Shown here piece by piece: positions 44,970-53,502 of a DNA stretch of 64,000 nt (positions within the stretch are counted from its first letter, which is position 1; every line of letters begins with the position of its first letter). The stretch lies in the sequence record ON212266.1. One strand, written 5' to 3'. Below the pieces are notes generated by a model. That model had not been told where the DNA came from and made no database searches. It saw only the letters and a list, made by a program, of their open reading frames with translations. Origin of the DNA: Enterobacter phage fGh-Ecl02. Position numbers and translations under genes: made by a program.

Positions 44970-47163
44970 ATCATTAGAATTTAAGAATGCGGTTGCGACT
45001 GCTGCCCCGTCCAACCATGTAATCGTTGTAGACATTTCCGGCTCGATGTACCGTGCGCTCCCTGAAGTCCGTAAGCACCTGAAGGAGAACCTGCCTTCCT
45101 TGGTGAAGCCAGAAGACACTGTGAGTGTTCTATACTTCTCATCCAAAGGCGACTTTGGCACTGTGTTCGCTGGCCGTCAGATCAATGCAGCATCCGACCT
45201 GAGCGAAATCAACAATCTAATTGACCGCTTCCTGAAACCGTCTGGTTGCACTGGCTTTGTTGAGCCGTTGAAACTGGCGATGGACACTGCTCGTGGCCTG
45301 AAGAAGCCTGGCTATGTCAACAACCTGGCGTTCATGACTGACGGGTATGACAACTGCTGGCGTACCAACGAAATTCTACTGGTTGCTGAGACCCTGCCAT
45401 TTGCTTTCGATAACATTACATTTATCGAATACGGCTGGCACTGTAACCGTGAACTGCTGGCGCAGATGGCCGAACACTCTGGTGCTACTCACGTGTTTGC
45501 CGAAGGTCAGACCGAATACCAGACCGAACTGGAAAACGTGCTGAAGTCATCAGTACCGAAGGTGGTTGTTGATGTGCCTCTGCTATACACCCACGCTATC
45601 TATGTTGAAAACGGCGTAGCAACTGTGCTGGCGGTACAGCCGGATGAAGACCATCCTATCGGCCACGTGAGCATCCCTGAGAGCGTCACCAAGCTGTGGG
45701 TTGTAAACCCTAACATGATCGACCAGATGGATAGCCTGACGGAAATCCAGGCGGCATACGTGCTGGCGTTCTACGGTGTACACACTATGGACGCAGATCT
45801 GGTTTGGGCTGCGCTGAAGAAGACTGGCGACGTTCGCTTCATCAAACAGTACAGCAACTGCTTCACCAAGCAGGACTACTCCAACATCAAGAACGATCTG
45901 GTACAGGCGATTGTTGACGACCAGCTGCGTGGTGTTGACGGTATTGACTATGACCTGGTTCCGGCCGAAGACGCGACCACCGTCGTTGATGTGCTGACGT
46001 ACCTGGCTGAAGCTGGTGTGCCTGTTGCTACCAAGCATCCGATGTTCTCCTATAAGAGTATCGGGCGCGGTACTGTGCAGAAAACCGACGACACCGAAGA
46101 CAAGCTGGCAGAACAGATCGCGAATGCTCAGTCCAAAGAAGAGCGTAAAGCCCTGGCTCTCAAGCTGGCAGAACACGAAGAGTGGAACCCGACGTTCGAA
46201 CCTACCAACGACCTGGGTGTTGTGCCAATCAGCGATTTGGTCTATAACTCCGAGCGCCCGAACATCAGTGTGCGCACTATTCAGCATGGTACTGTGACTG
46301 TCCCTGAGTTCGCACAGAAGAAGTTTGGTCTGCCTGAAGAACTGGATACTTTCCAGTGGCGCAACTACACCATCGTCAAAGACGGTATCATTAACGTGAA
46401 GACTCTGCCGTTCAAGGCTGATATCGAAGTTGTACAGAAGCTGATCGAAATGGGTGTCCACGTGTTTGGTGGTCCGGAAGTGTTTGTCCTGAACCTGGAA
46501 AGCGTACCGCTGGTCAACCGCGCCATGGTCAAGAACATCAGTGCTGCTCAGTTCTTTGCGGATAATGTCCGTCTGGAAGCCCTGAAAGGCAAGCAGAAGG
46601 TGCTGAAGTTCTATCGAGACGCCCTGGTTGGTAAGGGTAACGCCAAAGGCCTGGCAGTACAGTACGGCGCTGAGGCGGCCGAGTTCCTGTCCTCCTACGG
46701 CATCCGCGATTACGGCTTCTCACCGAAGACTGAGACCAAAGAGTCTACCGACTTCTACATGAGCCGTGAGCTGAACGTTAAGATTGCCGGGGCGTCTTCC
46801 CTACCGAGCATCGCGACAGTACAGAAGAAGATTGCTGAGAACAAGAAACTCAATGCGGGTGACTTGTTCATCGCCAATGCGCTGAAGGAGTACGATGCAT
46901 TCGTGAAGTCTCCTATGATCACTGCCGTGCCTGAAGCCTTACAGAAACAGCTGATCGAAAACTGGATCGACGCTGCTGCCAAGGCGGCCATCACCGAAGT
47001 CCGTGCCCTGAACAAGACACTGTCTAAAGTGGTGTATGGTATCGTTGCTGGCCACGGCTGGTTCACCGACCTCGACCTGGAAGAGTCCACCATGGAAGTT
47101 GAAGTGGATGGCGTGAAGTACAAGGTCACTGCCGAACTGACAGAGAAAGAAATCAAAATCTAA
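44962..47163 (+). CDS. von Willebrand factor A (vWA) domain protein (733 aa)
   Basis: VVDISGSM...S...TDG reproduces the MIDAS DxSxS..T..D motif at the N-terminus, followed by a long C-terminal region. Strong terminator at 47169-47193. Confidence 0.65.
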   Translation: MIESLEFKNAVATAAPSNHVIVVDISGSMYRALPEVRKHLKENLPSLVKPEDTVSVLYFSSKGDFGTVFAGRQINAASDLSEINNLIDRFLKPSGCTGFVEPLKLAMDTARGLKKPGYVNNLAFMTDGYDNCWRTNEILLVAETLPFAFDNITFIEYGWHCNRELLAQMAEHSGATHVFAEGQTEYQTELENVLKSSVPKVVVDVPLLYTHAIYVENGVATVLAVQPDEDHPIGHVSIPESVTKLWVVNPNMIDQMDSLTEIQAAYVLAFYGVHTMDADLVWAALKKTGDVRFIKQYSNCFTKQDYSNIKNDLVQAIVDDQLRGVDGIDYDLVPAEDATTVVDVLTYLAEAGVPVATKHPMFSYKSIGRGTVQKTDDTEDKLAEQIANAQSKEERKALALKLAEHEEWNPTFEPTNDLGVVPISDLVYNSERPNISVRTIQHGTVTVPEFAQKKFGLPEELDTFQWRNYTIVKDGIINVKTLPFKADIEVVQKLIEMGVHVFGGPEVFVLNLESVPLVNRAMVKNISAAQFFADNVRLEALKGKQKVLKFYRDALVGKGNAKGLAVQYGAEAAEFLSSYGIRDYGFSPKTETKESTDFYMSRELNVKIAGASSLPSIATVQKKIAENKKLNAGDLFIANALKEYDAFVKSPMITAVPEALQKQLIENWIDAAAKAAITEVRALNKTLSKVVYGIVAGHGWFTDLDLEESTMEVEVDGVKYKVTAELTEKEIKI

Positions 47164-47168
47164 TCCAA

Positions 47169-47193
47169 CGGGCGGGGCAACCCGCCTTTCTTT
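47169..47193 (+). terminator. Rho-independent terminator after the vWA gene
   Basis: GGCGGG-GCAA-CCCGCC followed by TTTCTTT. Confidence 0.7.
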
Positions 47194-47205
47194 GGGAGAA
47201 GTAGC

Positions 47206-47529
47206 ATGAGCAGTAAACCAACATATGTTGAAGTCATGCGTCATCTGGCTCAGTACGCCACTGACAATCTGAATATGGATCTGTGGCGTGACGATGACAA
47301 GCGCAAATTGCTGGACGACGTGGCATCTCAGAACGAGGACGCCCTGGACAAGCTGGCTGGCCTCCGTACCAAGAAAGACCTCGGTGGTGACGAACTGGAT
47401 GCCATCGAAATCGTAATGGAACTAGAAGAAGAGTTTCAGGTCGAAATCGACGACGGGTGGCTAGGTAGTAAAGGCGATGACCCGACCATGGGTGAACTCG
47501 CTGAACTCGTGGTTGCCCTGCGCAAATAA
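47206..47529 (+). CDS. Acyl-carrier-protein-like protein with Glu in place of the phosphopantetheinyl-Ser
   Basis: DLGGDELDAIEIVMELEEEFQVEI versus E. coli ACP [24 protein letters not shown]. Extra 50-aa N-terminal extension. Terminator at 47533-47561. Confidence 0.6.
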   Translation: MSSKPTYVEVMRHLAQYATDNLNMDLWRDDDKRKLLDDVASQNEDALDKLAGLRTKKDLGGDELDAIEIVMELEEEFQVEIDDGWLGSKGDDPTMGELAELVVALRK

Positions 47530-47532
47530 CAG

Positions 47533-47561
47533 AAGTCCCCAACAAACGTTGGGGATTTTTA
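47533..47561 (+). terminator. Rho-independent terminator after the ACP-like gene
   Basis: TCCCCAAC-AAAC-GTTGGGGA followed by TTTTTAC. Confidence 0.7.
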
Positions 47562-47652
47562 CTTTTAGGGGGTTTACTTCCTCTAAGGAATGTCCTATTA
47601 TTCAATAACTGGCGAACGATGGGTTCACCGGGTTGAAAGGTAAGATTATATC

Positions 47653-47892
47653 ATGAAGAACAAAATGGTCGAAACTTCAGTAGAGATTGATCGCAATTGG
47701 GGATTGCTCCGCGCTAAAGGGTTCCGTCGTGTGTATGCGACCAAAGAAGTCTACGCACAGCGTCGTGACGTTATCATCAGCAAGAAAGGCAAAGAGTGGG
47801 TTGCTGAAGAAGTTGATGTCGAGACAGGCATCGTAGGAAAGGTAAAGGCCAAGGCCGTGATCCTCTTCGCTCTTCTGAAGCACATCAGTTAA
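47653..47892 (+). CDS. Hypothetical protein (79 aa)
   Basis: ORF with AAAGG SD and the TATATCATG start context. Confidence 0.4.
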   Translation: MKNKMVETSVEIDRNWGLLRAKGFRRVYATKEVYAQRRDVIISKKGKEWVAEEVDVETGIVGKVKAKAVILFALLKHIS

Positions 47893-47951
47893 TTCTATAA
47901 CTTTGGGCGGGGTATGATTACCCCGTCTATTTGAAATGCAGGAACTATACC

Positions 47952-48458
47952 ATGACCGATCAACAAATTCAAGATTTATTTTACCTCGTCCATGATAAGT
48001 CCCACATCATGCGCCCCGGTACTGTTTCCCCTGCCGTCCGTGATCTGGTGCAAGAATTGCGCGAACCGCAGACGACCACACTTTATCGCGGGCTGCCTAA
48101 AGAGGACGTTGCGCGTTTAGAGATGATGTTTGAACGAGGCGACATGTTCCAGACATGGGATTCTTGTCTTAGCTTCAGTGAACTGAAGCATGTGGCCAAA
48201 AAATTTTCTAAATCGTACGGGACCAAAGCTGTTGCCCGCATTTGTTACAAACATCGAATCGGACTCCCGGAAGGGCTTAACGTCTATGGTTCTCTAGAAA
48301 AATTTGTGAACAAAGGCGATGAATCAGAAATGGATATGCTGGACTTGGCGTCCATGGAGAAAGAATGGATATTCTGCCAGCCTCGCGTCATACCAGTTTC
48401 AAGAAAAATGGCAACAGACGGGACGATGGTTTTTACCGTATCACTTGTTACCCTATAA
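47952..48458 (+). CDS. Hypothetical protein (168 aa)
   Basis: ORF after a hairpin cassette (47907-47930). Confidence 0.45.
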   Translation: MTDQQIQDLFYLVHDKSHIMRPGTVSPAVRDLVQELREPQTTTLYRGLPKEDVARLEMMFERGDMFQTWDSCLSFSELKHVAKKFSKSYGTKAVARICYKHRIGLPEGLNVYGSLEKFVNKGDESEMDMLDLASMEKEWIFCQPRVIPVSRKMATDGTMVFTVSLVTL

Positions 48459-48510
48459 ACCCACGGCGGGGTATGATTACCCCGCCCATTTGAAACCAAG
48501 AGACTATATC

Positions 48511-48885
48511 ATGAAAAAGTTAATCCTCGCTGTTGCCCTGCTGGGCGCTTCCTTTGCTGCTGTTTCCGCCCCTCCTGTCATCACCGGAGTGTCTACCAAC
48601 GGTGTTTATGCTTTCAAGGCGTATGGCCAAGACCTCGTTCTGTATAAGAACGGGAAGATGATTGAGCGCTGCGTATCAGACGACGTGAATCGTGGGATCG
48701 ACAATCAGGGTAGCCCATACGTCCTGGACATCTATTCCTGCTCCAACGGGACGAAGTCCTTTGGCGTCAAAACCTTTGGCAACGTCGCCGACGGTGGCTG
48801 GGGCTTCATGTTCGAAACCCGCAACCACCACCCGGTCAAGACCATGCAAGAAGAGTTCTTGATCTCTGTCGGGGGTACGTTATGA
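48511..48885 (+). CDS. Secreted small protein (cleavable signal peptide)
   Basis: MKKLILAVALLGASFAAVSA|PP has the n-h-c structure of a Sec signal peptide. Confidence 0.55.
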   Translation: MKKLILAVALLGASFAAVSAPPVITGVSTNGVYAFKAYGQDLVLYKNGKMIERCVSDDVNRGIDNQGSPYVLDIYSCSNGTKSFGVKTFGNVADGGWGFMFETRNHHPVKTMQEEFLISVGGTL

Positions 48886-49169
48886 CACCATCCGAGAGAA
48901 GTTCTATCAAGGAGATGATCAGAGACAAGGCGTGTGTTGGCCATACTCAGTCAGAGAACATCTTGCGCCTGATGGTAATAAAGAACGATATCGATAACAG
49001 CCGATTCCAATCAGCGCTCTACGGGCTTCTCGAGTTCGTTCTCCGCCAGGCTGATCTTGGTCCTGTCGGTACTCTTGATGATCTAACCAAGCTGTTGAAC
49101 ACGGGCGGGGAAACTTTCGACACCGCTCGTATCCTGATTGACGGTGGACCTGAAGAAGACGAGGTATAA
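48882..49169 (+). CDS. Hypothetical protein (95 aa)
   Basis: ORF overlapping the previous stop (ATGA). Confidence 0.4.
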   Translation: MTPSERSSIKEMIRDKACVGHTQSENILRLMVIKNDIDNSRFQSALYGLLEFVLRQADLGPVGTLDDLTKLLNTGGETFDTARILIDGGPEEDEV

Positions 49170-49170
49170 T

Positions 49171-49329
49171 TTGGATAAAGAATTAGTTTGGGAAATTGTG
49201 AAGGGTGTCCTAGTAATAATCGCGGTGGTTTTCATCTTGGGTGGGAACTTCTTCTATTGGTTATTCCGATCCGACCAGAAACGTCGCGAACGCAAGGAGA
49301 AAGAGAGAAAGGATCGATGGATGCGCTAA
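49171..49329 (+). CDS. Small membrane protein (about 52 aa from a TTG start; 63 aa if the ATG at 49138 is used)
   Basis: Transmembrane segment VLVIIAVVFILGGNFFYWLF and basic C-tail. SD GAGGT 6 nt before the TTG. Confidence 0.3.
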   Translation: MDKELVWEIVKGVLVIIAVVFILGGNFFYWLFRSDQKRRERKEKERKDRWMR

Positions 49330-49361
49330 CTAAGGGATAACCCTATATCCCGAGGTGTGTC

Positions 49362-49811
49362 ATGTTCCTTACATCTTTTATTGACTGGTTGAACATCATT
49401 AACGGCCTGAGGATTCCTGTTGGGAACCTCGGGCTTTCTCGTTCTTCTATGCCGCAAATCGATGCCGACAAACAAGAAGATTTTCACAAATATCTTGAAG
49501 ACAACGGCGTGTCCATAGATGCTGTGCAAGTGCCCATCAAAATGCTTCGTCTTACCCAGAACGAAATCAATAAAATGAAGGTCTGGAAGATTATGAAGCA
49601 GATCAGAAATAAGAAACCTATGGGTCGAGTTTGGGTGTCTTCTGACAATTACGTTGTTGACGGTTCTCACCGATTTGTCGCTGCGTTGAACATGGACGGC
49701 AAACAGCGCATGAAGGTCTACAAAGTTGATTTGCCAGCGATGGAATTTGTTAAACTCGCTAAACAGTTTCAGGGTGTGCGATACAGAACGGTCAGCGATA
49801 CCCGTTTCTGA
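49362..49811 (+). CDS. ParB-like nuclease-domain protein
   Basis: IKMLRLTQNEIN...VVDGSHRFVAALNMDGKQRMKVY resembles the ParB N-terminal domain pattern (I..L.P.Q.R ... aGeRRwRAa..aG...ipaiV). Confidence 0.5.
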   Translation: MFLTSFIDWLNIINGLRIPVGNLGLSRSSMPQIDADKQEDFHKYLEDNGVSIDAVQVPIKMLRLTQNEINKMKVWKIMKQIRNKKPMGRVWVSSDNYVVDGSHRFVAALNMDGKQRMKVYKVDLPAMEFVKLAKQFQGVRYRTVSDTRF

Positions 49812-49890
49812 ATACGATAGTTTATTGAATCCCTTTACTCAACATGGTGAGCCGCCTATCATTTCATCCAATGAAATAAGGAGAATCACC

Positions 49891-50577
49891 ATGAAACGTT
49901 TAATCCTCGGGGTCGTGCTGGCTGGTCTGGCATTACCCGCCGCTGCCAAGCTGAACTCCACAGGTGATAAACTGTGGTCCGATCTTTCCTATTGTGCTGG
50001 GTTCTCCCAGGCGGTTGCCATCGACAAGTCTGGTTCCATAGAGAACTTCGCTGAACTCTGGAACACAGGCAACGTCTCCACTGCTGTCGTCAATGCCGGA
50101 ATTGAGTTCAACCGTTACAAACAGGGAGCCTATAACCTCAAGGGCTACCTCAATGACGACGAATTTAACCGTGGAGGCATGGAGGCTGGCGATTTAATCA
50201 TGACTGGCCGAATGGGCACCCAAGGCCGAATGACAGTCAGACAGTGCCGTTCGCTCCCTTCTCCGGCATTACAGAAGGGTGTGCAGATAGGCCGCCGACA
50301 CCTGAACCTTATCAACGATGGTAACCAGTGCATCAAAGTATTCGAATACAGCGCTACGCAGACCTCTGATCGCGTCCTGAAGAAGGAATGGCGCACCCGC
50401 GCTCTTGGTCTCAGAGCCTGGCTGGTTGAGAACGATTATTATTTTGAGGATCGTGTTCAGAACGGTCTGAAAGACCTGGCCACGAATCTGAGCGTGAACC
50501 TTGATGATCCCCGCATGTCGCGCGAACTCCAGCAGACTCGTGTTGACTGCGACAATATGATGAAGGAGAACGAGTGA
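49891..50577 (+). CDS. Secreted/periplasmic protein (228 aa, signal peptide)
   Basis: MKRLILGVVLAGLALPAAA|K signal peptide. SD AAGGAGA. Confidence 0.55.
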   Translation: MKRLILGVVLAGLALPAAAKLNSTGDKLWSDLSYCAGFSQAVAIDKSGSIENFAELWNTGNVSTAVVNAGIEFNRYKQGAYNLKGYLNDDEFNRGGMEAGDLIMTGRMGTQGRMTVRQCRSLPSPALQKGVQIGRRHLNLINDGNQCIKVFEYSATQTSDRVLKKEWRTRALGLRAWLVENDYYFEDRVQNGLKDLATNLSVNLDDPRMSRELQQTRVDCDNMMKENE

Positions 50578-50903
50578 TGAAATGTAAAATCCTGCTCTTG
50601 TTGGTACTGATAGCCGGGTGTGTAAACGCCACGCCACCGTCCAAACTGAACACATGTGTGGCATGGATGGAGACGTATCAGCAGTTCCACCCAGATGACA
50701 AAGATACATCTATCCTCCTGTCTGACTTCGAGGGAGAGCTGAAGCGCCTTGATCTGTTCAGTGTTGATCAGATAGAGAATGCACTGGACCTTCCCATGAT
50801 GCTGACTGCGGCTGACAACAGTCCACAAACGAAGAAAGACCTGATGTATTGCCGGGGGATTGCCCAGGACTTTGTCGGATTTCAAAATAAAGTTTCGGGT
50901 TAA
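50577..50903 (+). CDS. Lipoprotein (108 aa)
   Basis: MKCKILLLLVLIAGC has a lipobox (LIAG|C). Start overlaps the previous stop (TGATG). Confidence 0.55.
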   Translation: MKCKILLLLVLIAGCVNATPPSKLNTCVAWMETYQQFHPDDKDTSILLSDFEGELKRLDLFSVDQIENALDLPMMLTAADNSPQTKKDLMYCRGIAQDFVGFQNKVSG

Positions 50904-50942
50904 AATTTAGCCCTACAATGTGAACTGAAGGAATACACTGTG

Positions 50943-51809
50943 ATGCTCCTGACCAAAACAATCGCTGCGGCGATTATCGAAAAGAATAAGGCTTTTGCCC
51001 CCAACGCAGCCAAAGTTATGTTGGTACACGAAGACGCTCGCGTGATCTTCGCCGAGAAGTTCGAGATGGGCGCGAAGTTCTGGTATGCCGACAACTTACG
51101 TGAGAGCAAACTTCAGGGTATCATCCACAAACTGACTCTGGTGGCCAAGCGTAATGACCAGGGTGACTGGGTCGGCGTTTCTGACTTCAGTACGAAGATC
51201 ACCCCAAAGGCTCCGCTTTCTCGTCAAGAGCGCATTCTGAAAGCCCAGGAAAAGCTGCGTGCGGCTCGGAGTACCCCAAAGGCGAAACCAGATGCAAGCC
51301 CTGTCATCAAGCCAGCGGTTGTTCCTAAGTCCAAATACCTCCCGCCCGTGAGTCAAAAGGCTGTGAAGCAATTGGTTGAGAAGCGCAAGGGTGATGTTGT
51401 GATGAAGTCTGACTCTTCAGTGGAGTCGTTCAAGCCGGATCCAGCAGAAGTACAGGCGCTGGCAGAAAAGGTAAAGAATTCACAATTCATTTCCCTGCGT
51501 GAACTTGAACCGCCTACTCGCCGTCGTATCGCCAACGAGCTGTTTGTGTCGTTCAGGTCGGATGGCAAGATCGTCCTGTGCAAAGCCTTGCGTGACATCA
51601 TTCCGTGGACCACGTTGAACATGATGGTCACTCGCGACTTCAAGCGTTTTGGTATCATGCAAGGCAAGGACTACAACGTCAACCAGAGCGGGACTTATGT
51701 TAATCGCGCCATGTGTGACAAACTGACCTTCCCAGAAGATACCGGAACGATCCGTGTCGTTCTGAATTGGGACGACAAGCTGAACATGTATGTTGGCGAT
51801 TTCCAATAA
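50943..51809 (+). CDS. Hypothetical protein (288 aa)
   Basis: ORF with SD AAGGA. Lys/Pro-rich linker in the middle. Confidence 0.5.
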   Translation: MLLTKTIAAAIIEKNKAFAPNAAKVMLVHEDARVIFAEKFEMGAKFWYADNLRESKLQGIIHKLTLVAKRNDQGDWVGVSDFSTKITPKAPLSRQERILKAQEKLRAARSTPKAKPDASPVIKPAVVPKSKYLPPVSQKAVKQLVEKRKGDVVMKSDSSVESFKPDPAEVQALAEKVKNSQFISLRELEPPTRRRIANELFVSFRSDGKIVLCKALRDIIPWTTLNMMVTRDFKRFGIMQGKDYNVNQSGTYVNRAMCDKLTFPEDTGTIRVVLNWDDKLNMYVGDFQ

Positions 51810-51855
51810 TCAATAACCTCGGGCGGCTTATCATAAAGCTGCCCTTTCATTTGAG

Positions 51856-52528
51856 TGACTATATCATGGAAAAACTTTATTCTATTATCGTCGGTCCTGA
51901 TCCTGACGGATTATTCTTCGCCCCGTTGTCTTATATTGCCCACGCCCGTATCGGTAGCCATTACGCATATTGCACACGTGGCCACGACGGTTCCAATGTC
52001 CTCCATTATAGCCGCCTGAACGATTTCCTGGCACTTCAACCAGAAGATGTTGTGCTGGCGCGTCGCGTGTTCATCGACTTCAACGCGATGCACAACAACG
52101 AAATCGACGCTCGCTATCATGCCATGCGTTCTATGGAAGGGGGAGACTGCATTTATCGTATCGACCATTTTAGTGAGTTTACCGAATGTATTGATTGGTT
52201 TATCTCTGATAAAGTGATGGGTGAAAGAATCGTCACAACTCCGTGGGCACATGCGGAACAACTTCGTGTGTCTACCGATGCGTACAAAGAAGTCGACAAT
52301 CTGTGCAACAAGTTCCGCATCTCGGTGACCTGTAATCAAGACCTGGGCGAAGAGATACAATGGACAGCTGAGTCTCCTCATTTCAGTGGCCTGGTGATGA
52401 CGGCCAAAACCCGTTCCCGTGCTGTTGTCCAGTTAGTACTCTGGGCGTTCTACCAGCGCACCCCGTTCTCATACATGGGACAGAAAGAGATTGATGAACT
52501 CCTGAAGTCTCACGCGGTGGAGGTGTAA
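51856..52528 (+). CDS. Hypothetical protein (224 aa)
   Basis: ORF after a hairpin cassette, with the TATATCATG start context. Confidence 0.5.
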
Positions 52529-52529
52529 T

Positions 52530-52970
52530 ATGGCTGGTGTATGGTGTGATGTCTTGCTGGTTCGTTACAGCGTAAATGGGTGTGTTCAAGTGCGTTCCGC
52601 CTTCTATCCAGTACCGTTCTCCTCTGGTGGTCTTACAGCTCAGAGGGTGTTAAGTATCGAAGCAGAACTGAACGCGAAGACATATATCGGCGATACACAA
52701 GTGTTGGGATACGATCTTCTGAACGAAATGTTGATCGATGAAGATAAGGTAGAAACCATTATTGTTAGCCGTCAAGAAATGGAGGTCTTGATGAAACCGG
52801 AAGGCACCGAAAAGACTGAAGTTCAAACGGTGTCTGTGCCTGTCACACCAACACAGGAACGCCTTGATGCCATTGCTGGATTATTCACGTATGGATTTTG
52901 TGATGATCGCATGGCTCGTGGTATCTATGCCGCCGCACTGGGCGTTGAGAAACAAACGGAGCAAATATGA
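52530..52970 (+). CDS. Hypothetical protein (146 aa)
   Basis: SD GGAGGTG. Start 1 nt after the previous stop. Confidence 0.45.
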   Translation: MAGVWCDVLLVRYSVNGCVQVRSAFYPVPFSSGGLTAQRVLSIEAELNAKTYIGDTQVLGYDLLNEMLIDEDKVETIIVSRQEMEVLMKPEGTEKTEVQTVSVPVTPTQERLDAIAGLFTYGFCDDRMARGIYAAALGVEKQTEQI

Positions 52971-53095
52971 GCACAAAGACTGTAATCGTGGTGAAAGGCT
53001 ATTAATTCCGCTTTATTCAATAAAATTTGTTAGTTAAACTGTAGTCCTCTTGTAGTGAACATGAAAGTAAACATTAACCCAACGGAGAAATCCAG

Positions 53096-53374
53096 ATGAA
53101 TCGTACTGAATTTGTTGCCCACATTGCTTCGACCCAGAATATCACCAAAGGCGAAGCGGAGAAAGTAGTGGCATCCTTTATCGACGGTGTTAAAACTGCA
53201 GTTGCTGCAGGCGCATCTGTACAGCTGGTCGGCTTCGGTGCGTTCGAAGTGAAACACCAAGAAGCGCGTGAAGGTCGCAACCCTCTGAACGGCCAGACCA
53301 TTCAGATCGCGGCGAAAAACGTTGTGAAATTCAAAGTGGGCGAAGGTCTGAAGAACGCTGCCAACGGCAAGTAA
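53096..53374 (+). CDS. HU/IHF-family DNA-binding protein
   Basis: MNRTEFVAHIA..QLVGFGAFEVKHQEAREGRNPLNGQTIQIAAKNVVKFKVGEGLK matches bacterial HU ([51 protein letters not shown]). Strong terminator follows. Confidence 0.8.
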   Translation: MNRTEFVAHIASTQNITKGEAEKVVASFIDGVKTAVAAGASVQLVGFGAFEVKHQEAREGRNPLNGQTIQIAAKNVVKFKVGEGLKNAANGK

Positions 53375-53424
53375 TTCTATCTGACGCGCGGCCAGGCTCT
53401 GCAATCAGGGCATGGCAAAAGAGA

Positions 53425-53453
53425 AAGCCGGAGTACAATGCTCCGGCTTTTTC
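53425..53453 (+). terminator. Strong rho-independent terminator after the HU gene
   Basis: AGCCGGAG-TACAATG-CTCCGGCT followed by TTTTTCG. Confidence 0.75.
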
Positions 53454-53502
53454 GTTCTTGGGGATCGGGTAAACTATAGGCGAATCCCATAGGAGGAAGA
53501 AA

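Noticed and set aside
45583-46461. 292-aa minus-strand ORF within the vWA gene
   Set aside because: Antisense to a gene with a clear MIDAS motif and good codon usage. No SD.
47901-48510. Reading the hairpin-TATTTGAAA elements as sigma70 promoters with TATGAT -10 boxes in the hairpin loop
   Set aside because: No consistent -35 element at 17 ± 1 nt. Each follows a stop codon and has a T-rich tail, so they are more simply read as terminators.
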